Assembly: GCA_028703645.1 (NCBI GenBank)
Contig: JAQVML010000001.1
Location: 1-28,317 of the forward strand
DNA length: 28,317 nucleotides
Reading direction: 5' to 3'
DNA from: Eubacteriales bacterium
Lineage (GTDB): Bacteria; Bacillota; Clostridia; Christensenellales; CAG-138
The position numbers and the translations under genes are program-made. Below the pieces are notes generated by a model. It did not search any database and was not told where the DNA came from. It was given only the letters and a program-made list of their open reading frames with translations. The first letter of the stretch is position 1. Each line of letters begins with the position of its first letter. Positions 26,277 through 28,317 of the stretch are shown in pieces.

Positions 26277-27566
26277 ATGGGTATCAAACTTGCAATTGTC
26301 GGCGCGGGCAGTTCGTATTGCCCAGAATTGATGCAGGGGCTCATCCGTCGCAAAGATATCATCACACTGGACGAGCTTCGGCTCAGCGATATCGACGAAT
26401 CCCGCCTGAACATCGTAGGCGAATTTTGCGAACGCGTGCTGCTTGAAAACGGCATGTCGCCGCGCATCACGCGAACGACGGATCTACCGCGCGCGCTTGA
26501 TGGCGCAGACTTTGTGGTCACGCAGATTCGCGCGGGCCGACTGGAGGCACGCATTCGCGATGAAAAAATCCCGCTCGGGTTTGATTTCATTGGTCAGGAG
26601 ACGACCGGCATCGGCGGATTCACCAATGCGTTGCGCACTATTCCGCAGATGGAGCGCATCGCAAACGCCGTCGAGCAATACGCGCCGGAAGCCTGGCTCA
26701 TCAATTTTTCCAATCCATCCGGCATTGTAACCGAGTTTTTGCTCAATCACACGCATCTCAAGGCGGTCGGTCTATGCAATCTGCCGATCGGAACGCAGGA
26801 GCGCGTATCAAAACTGCTCGGACTGCCCATGGAGCAGGTTCGCCTTGAAACGGTGTCCCTCAACCACTGCGGCGCGGTCACCGCGGTTCATGCCGGCGGC
26901 GAAAACGTTCTGCCGCACATGCTGGACTCCCGCACGCTTGATCAAGCCGCGCAGCAGGACGCTTGGATACAAAACTATCGCCCGATCATCGAACTGTTGG
27001 GCGCGATTCCTAACGATTATTTACAATACTTCTATTATCACGGCAGAAAGCTAGCCGAGCAAAAAGCGGCGTCGCAGACGCGCGGAGAGGCTTGTGTCGA
27101 TATCGAGACTCGTCTGCTCTCCTATTATGCGGACGAGCGAAACCGCACCGTGCCGCCCATGCTGGCGGAGCGCGGCGGGCATCTGTATTCGGAAGCTGCC
27201 ATCGCGCTGATTGCGTCTCTTTCCGGCGCGGTGCCCGGCTATCATGTGATCGACGTGCAAAACCGTGGAGTCATCGATTTTCTGCCGGATCAGAGCATCA
27301 TCGAAACCTGCTGCTATGTTGAAAAAGACAGCATTCGCCGTGTGCCGCTGACCGTTTCGCCTTCTCCCGTGCTGCGCTCGCTGCTAACCAGCGTGAAGGC
27401 ATACGAAACACTGACCGTACAGGCGGCTTTGACCGGAGATCGCCAAACGGCGCAGCAAGCGCTGGCTTGTAACCCCATTACGGCTGATTTGGACAGAGCG
27501 ATCCCCTGTTTCGAAGAAATGTTGGAACAAAACCGTTCTCTGTTGCCCCGCTTCTTTCCGCAATAA
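26277..27566 (+). CDS. family 4 glycoside hydrolase, 6-phospho-beta-glucosidase type; start corrected to ATG 26277
   Basis: KLAIVGAGSSY NAD-binding fold, GQETTGIGG, INFSNP, GLCN (Mn-ligand Cys), LNH; AGGAGG RBS. Confidence 0.93.
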   Translation: MGIKLAIVGAGSSYCPELMQGLIRRKDIITLDELRLSDIDESRLNIVGEFCERVLLENGMSPRITRTTDLPRALDGADFVVTQIRAGRLEARIRDEKIPLGFDFIGQETTGIGGFTNALRTIPQMERIANAVEQYAPEAWLINFSNPSGIVTEFLLNHTHLKAVGLCNLPIGTQERVSKLLGLPMEQVRLETVSLNHCGAVTAVHAGGENVLPHMLDSRTLDQAAQQDAWIQNYRPIIELLGAIPNDYLQYFYYHGRKLAEQKAASQTRGEACVDIETRLLSYYADERNRTVPPMLAERGGHLYSEAAIALIASLSGAVPGYHVIDVQNRGVIDFLPDQSIIETCCYVEKDSIRRVPLTVSPSPVLRSLLTSVKAYETLTVQAALTGDRQTAQQALACNPITADLDRAIPCFEEMLEQNRSLLPRFFPQ

Positions 27567-27640
27567 CCCGCATCTCAGCAGAAAACGCTTACGATCCATC
27601 GTCGTAATAAAAACAACTTTCGCTGCGAGGAACTGCAATC

Positions 27641-28317
27641 ATGGACGAAAAACGATGTTATCTTGCCGTTGACGGCGGAAACTCCAAGACCGAGTACCGC
27701 TTGCTTGATGCTTCCGGTGCGGTGATTGCCGCGCGTCGCGGCAGCGCAAGCAACCACGAAACCCTGCCCGGCGGAGTGGAAGACGCGGCAAATCTGCTGT
27801 TTGGCGAAGCAGAAGAGCTGTTGGAGGCGCAAGGATATTCGTTTCAACAGGTTGCGGATGCGGTGCTGGGTCTCGCGGGAGCGGATTATGCGGAGGAGGT
27901 TGCCGCGCTGCAAGGCGCGTTGGCCGCACGTGGATTGGTTGACGCTTTTGTCTGCAACGATGGATATCTCGGCGTAATGGCGGGCATCGACAACGGCGTT
28001 GGCATCTGCTATTCCGCGGGCTCCGGCGTCACGTGCGCGGGGATGAATGCGGAAGGCGAGCGCGCACAGTTCGGCGGAATCGGCGTTCTGAGTGGAGACG
28101 TCGGCGGCGGTTTTGACATCGCCGCGTTCGTATACCGCTGTGTTTATCGCCATCTGTTCTTTCATCAGCCCTATTCCGCGCTCAAAGACGCCTATTTCAC
28201 GTTGTTTGACGTACGCACGCCGGAAGCATTCCTATCCTCCGCCGCACGCATTCAAAACGAAGAAGCGGCGCGCCAGTTGATCGGGCTATTCTTTACGGCG
28301 GTGGAGACAGGCGACGA
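27641..28317 (+). CDS. BadF/BadG/BcrA/BcrD-type ATPase, N-acetylglucosamine-kinase-like sugar kinase (truncated by window end; absent from ORF track)
   Basis: Hand-translated MDEKRCYLAVDGGNSKTEY...GLAGAD...VCNDG...YSAGSGVTCAG..GERAQFGGIG..SGDVGGG, open to the window end; GAGG RBS. Confidence 0.88.
   Translation, partial: MDEKRCYLAVDGGNSKTEYRLLDASGAVIAARRGSASNHETLPGGVEDAANLLFGEAEELLEAQGYSFQQVADAVLGLAGADYAEEVAALQGALAARGLVDAFVCNDGYLGVMAGIDNGVGICYSAGSGVTCAGMNAEGERAQFGGIGVLSGDVGGGFDIAAFVYRCVYRHLFFHQPYSALKDAYFTLFDVRTPEAFLSSAARIQNEEAARQLIGLFFTAVETGD

Noticed and set aside
1-28317. CRISPR array, tRNA, rRNA, IS or prophage
   Set aside because: No regularly spaced repeats, cloverleaf, rRNA signature, transposase, integrase or terminal inverted repeats were seen.

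Overview
A roughly 55% GC window from a Clostridia-type (Bacillota) chromosome. Most of it (7171-23428, minus strand) is a complete, uninterrupted S10-spc-alpha ribosomal superoperon, rpsJ to rplQ, including secY, adk, map, a KOW protein, infA, rpmJ (too short for the ORF track) and rpoA. It is preceded by tandem sigma-A promoters and an S10-type leader RNA. The left flank holds ruvCAB, a large lipoprotein with four lamin-tail domains and a CotH kinase domain, and a stand-alone N5-(carboxyethyl)ornithine-synthase-like gene. The right flank holds GntR and XRE regulators, a GH4 6-phospho-beta-glucosidase and a truncated BadF-type sugar kinase. No CRISPR array, tRNA, rRNA or mobile element was seen. 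The main unexplained signals are: (i) an orphan plus-strand promoter and terminator pair between gntR and xre, defining a ~135-nt structured RNA antisense to a 32-aa hydrophobic micro-ORF with a hairpin-occluded RBS (type I toxin-antitoxin-like layout, inferred only); (ii) a 125-aa Ala/Lys/Glu low-complexity N-terminal extension on ribosomal protein L5; (iii) strand-specific RNA hairpins in enlarged intercistronic spacers (rpmJ-rpsM, rpsH-rplF, secY-adk, S10 leader). All structure and promoter calls were made by eye and are not computed.
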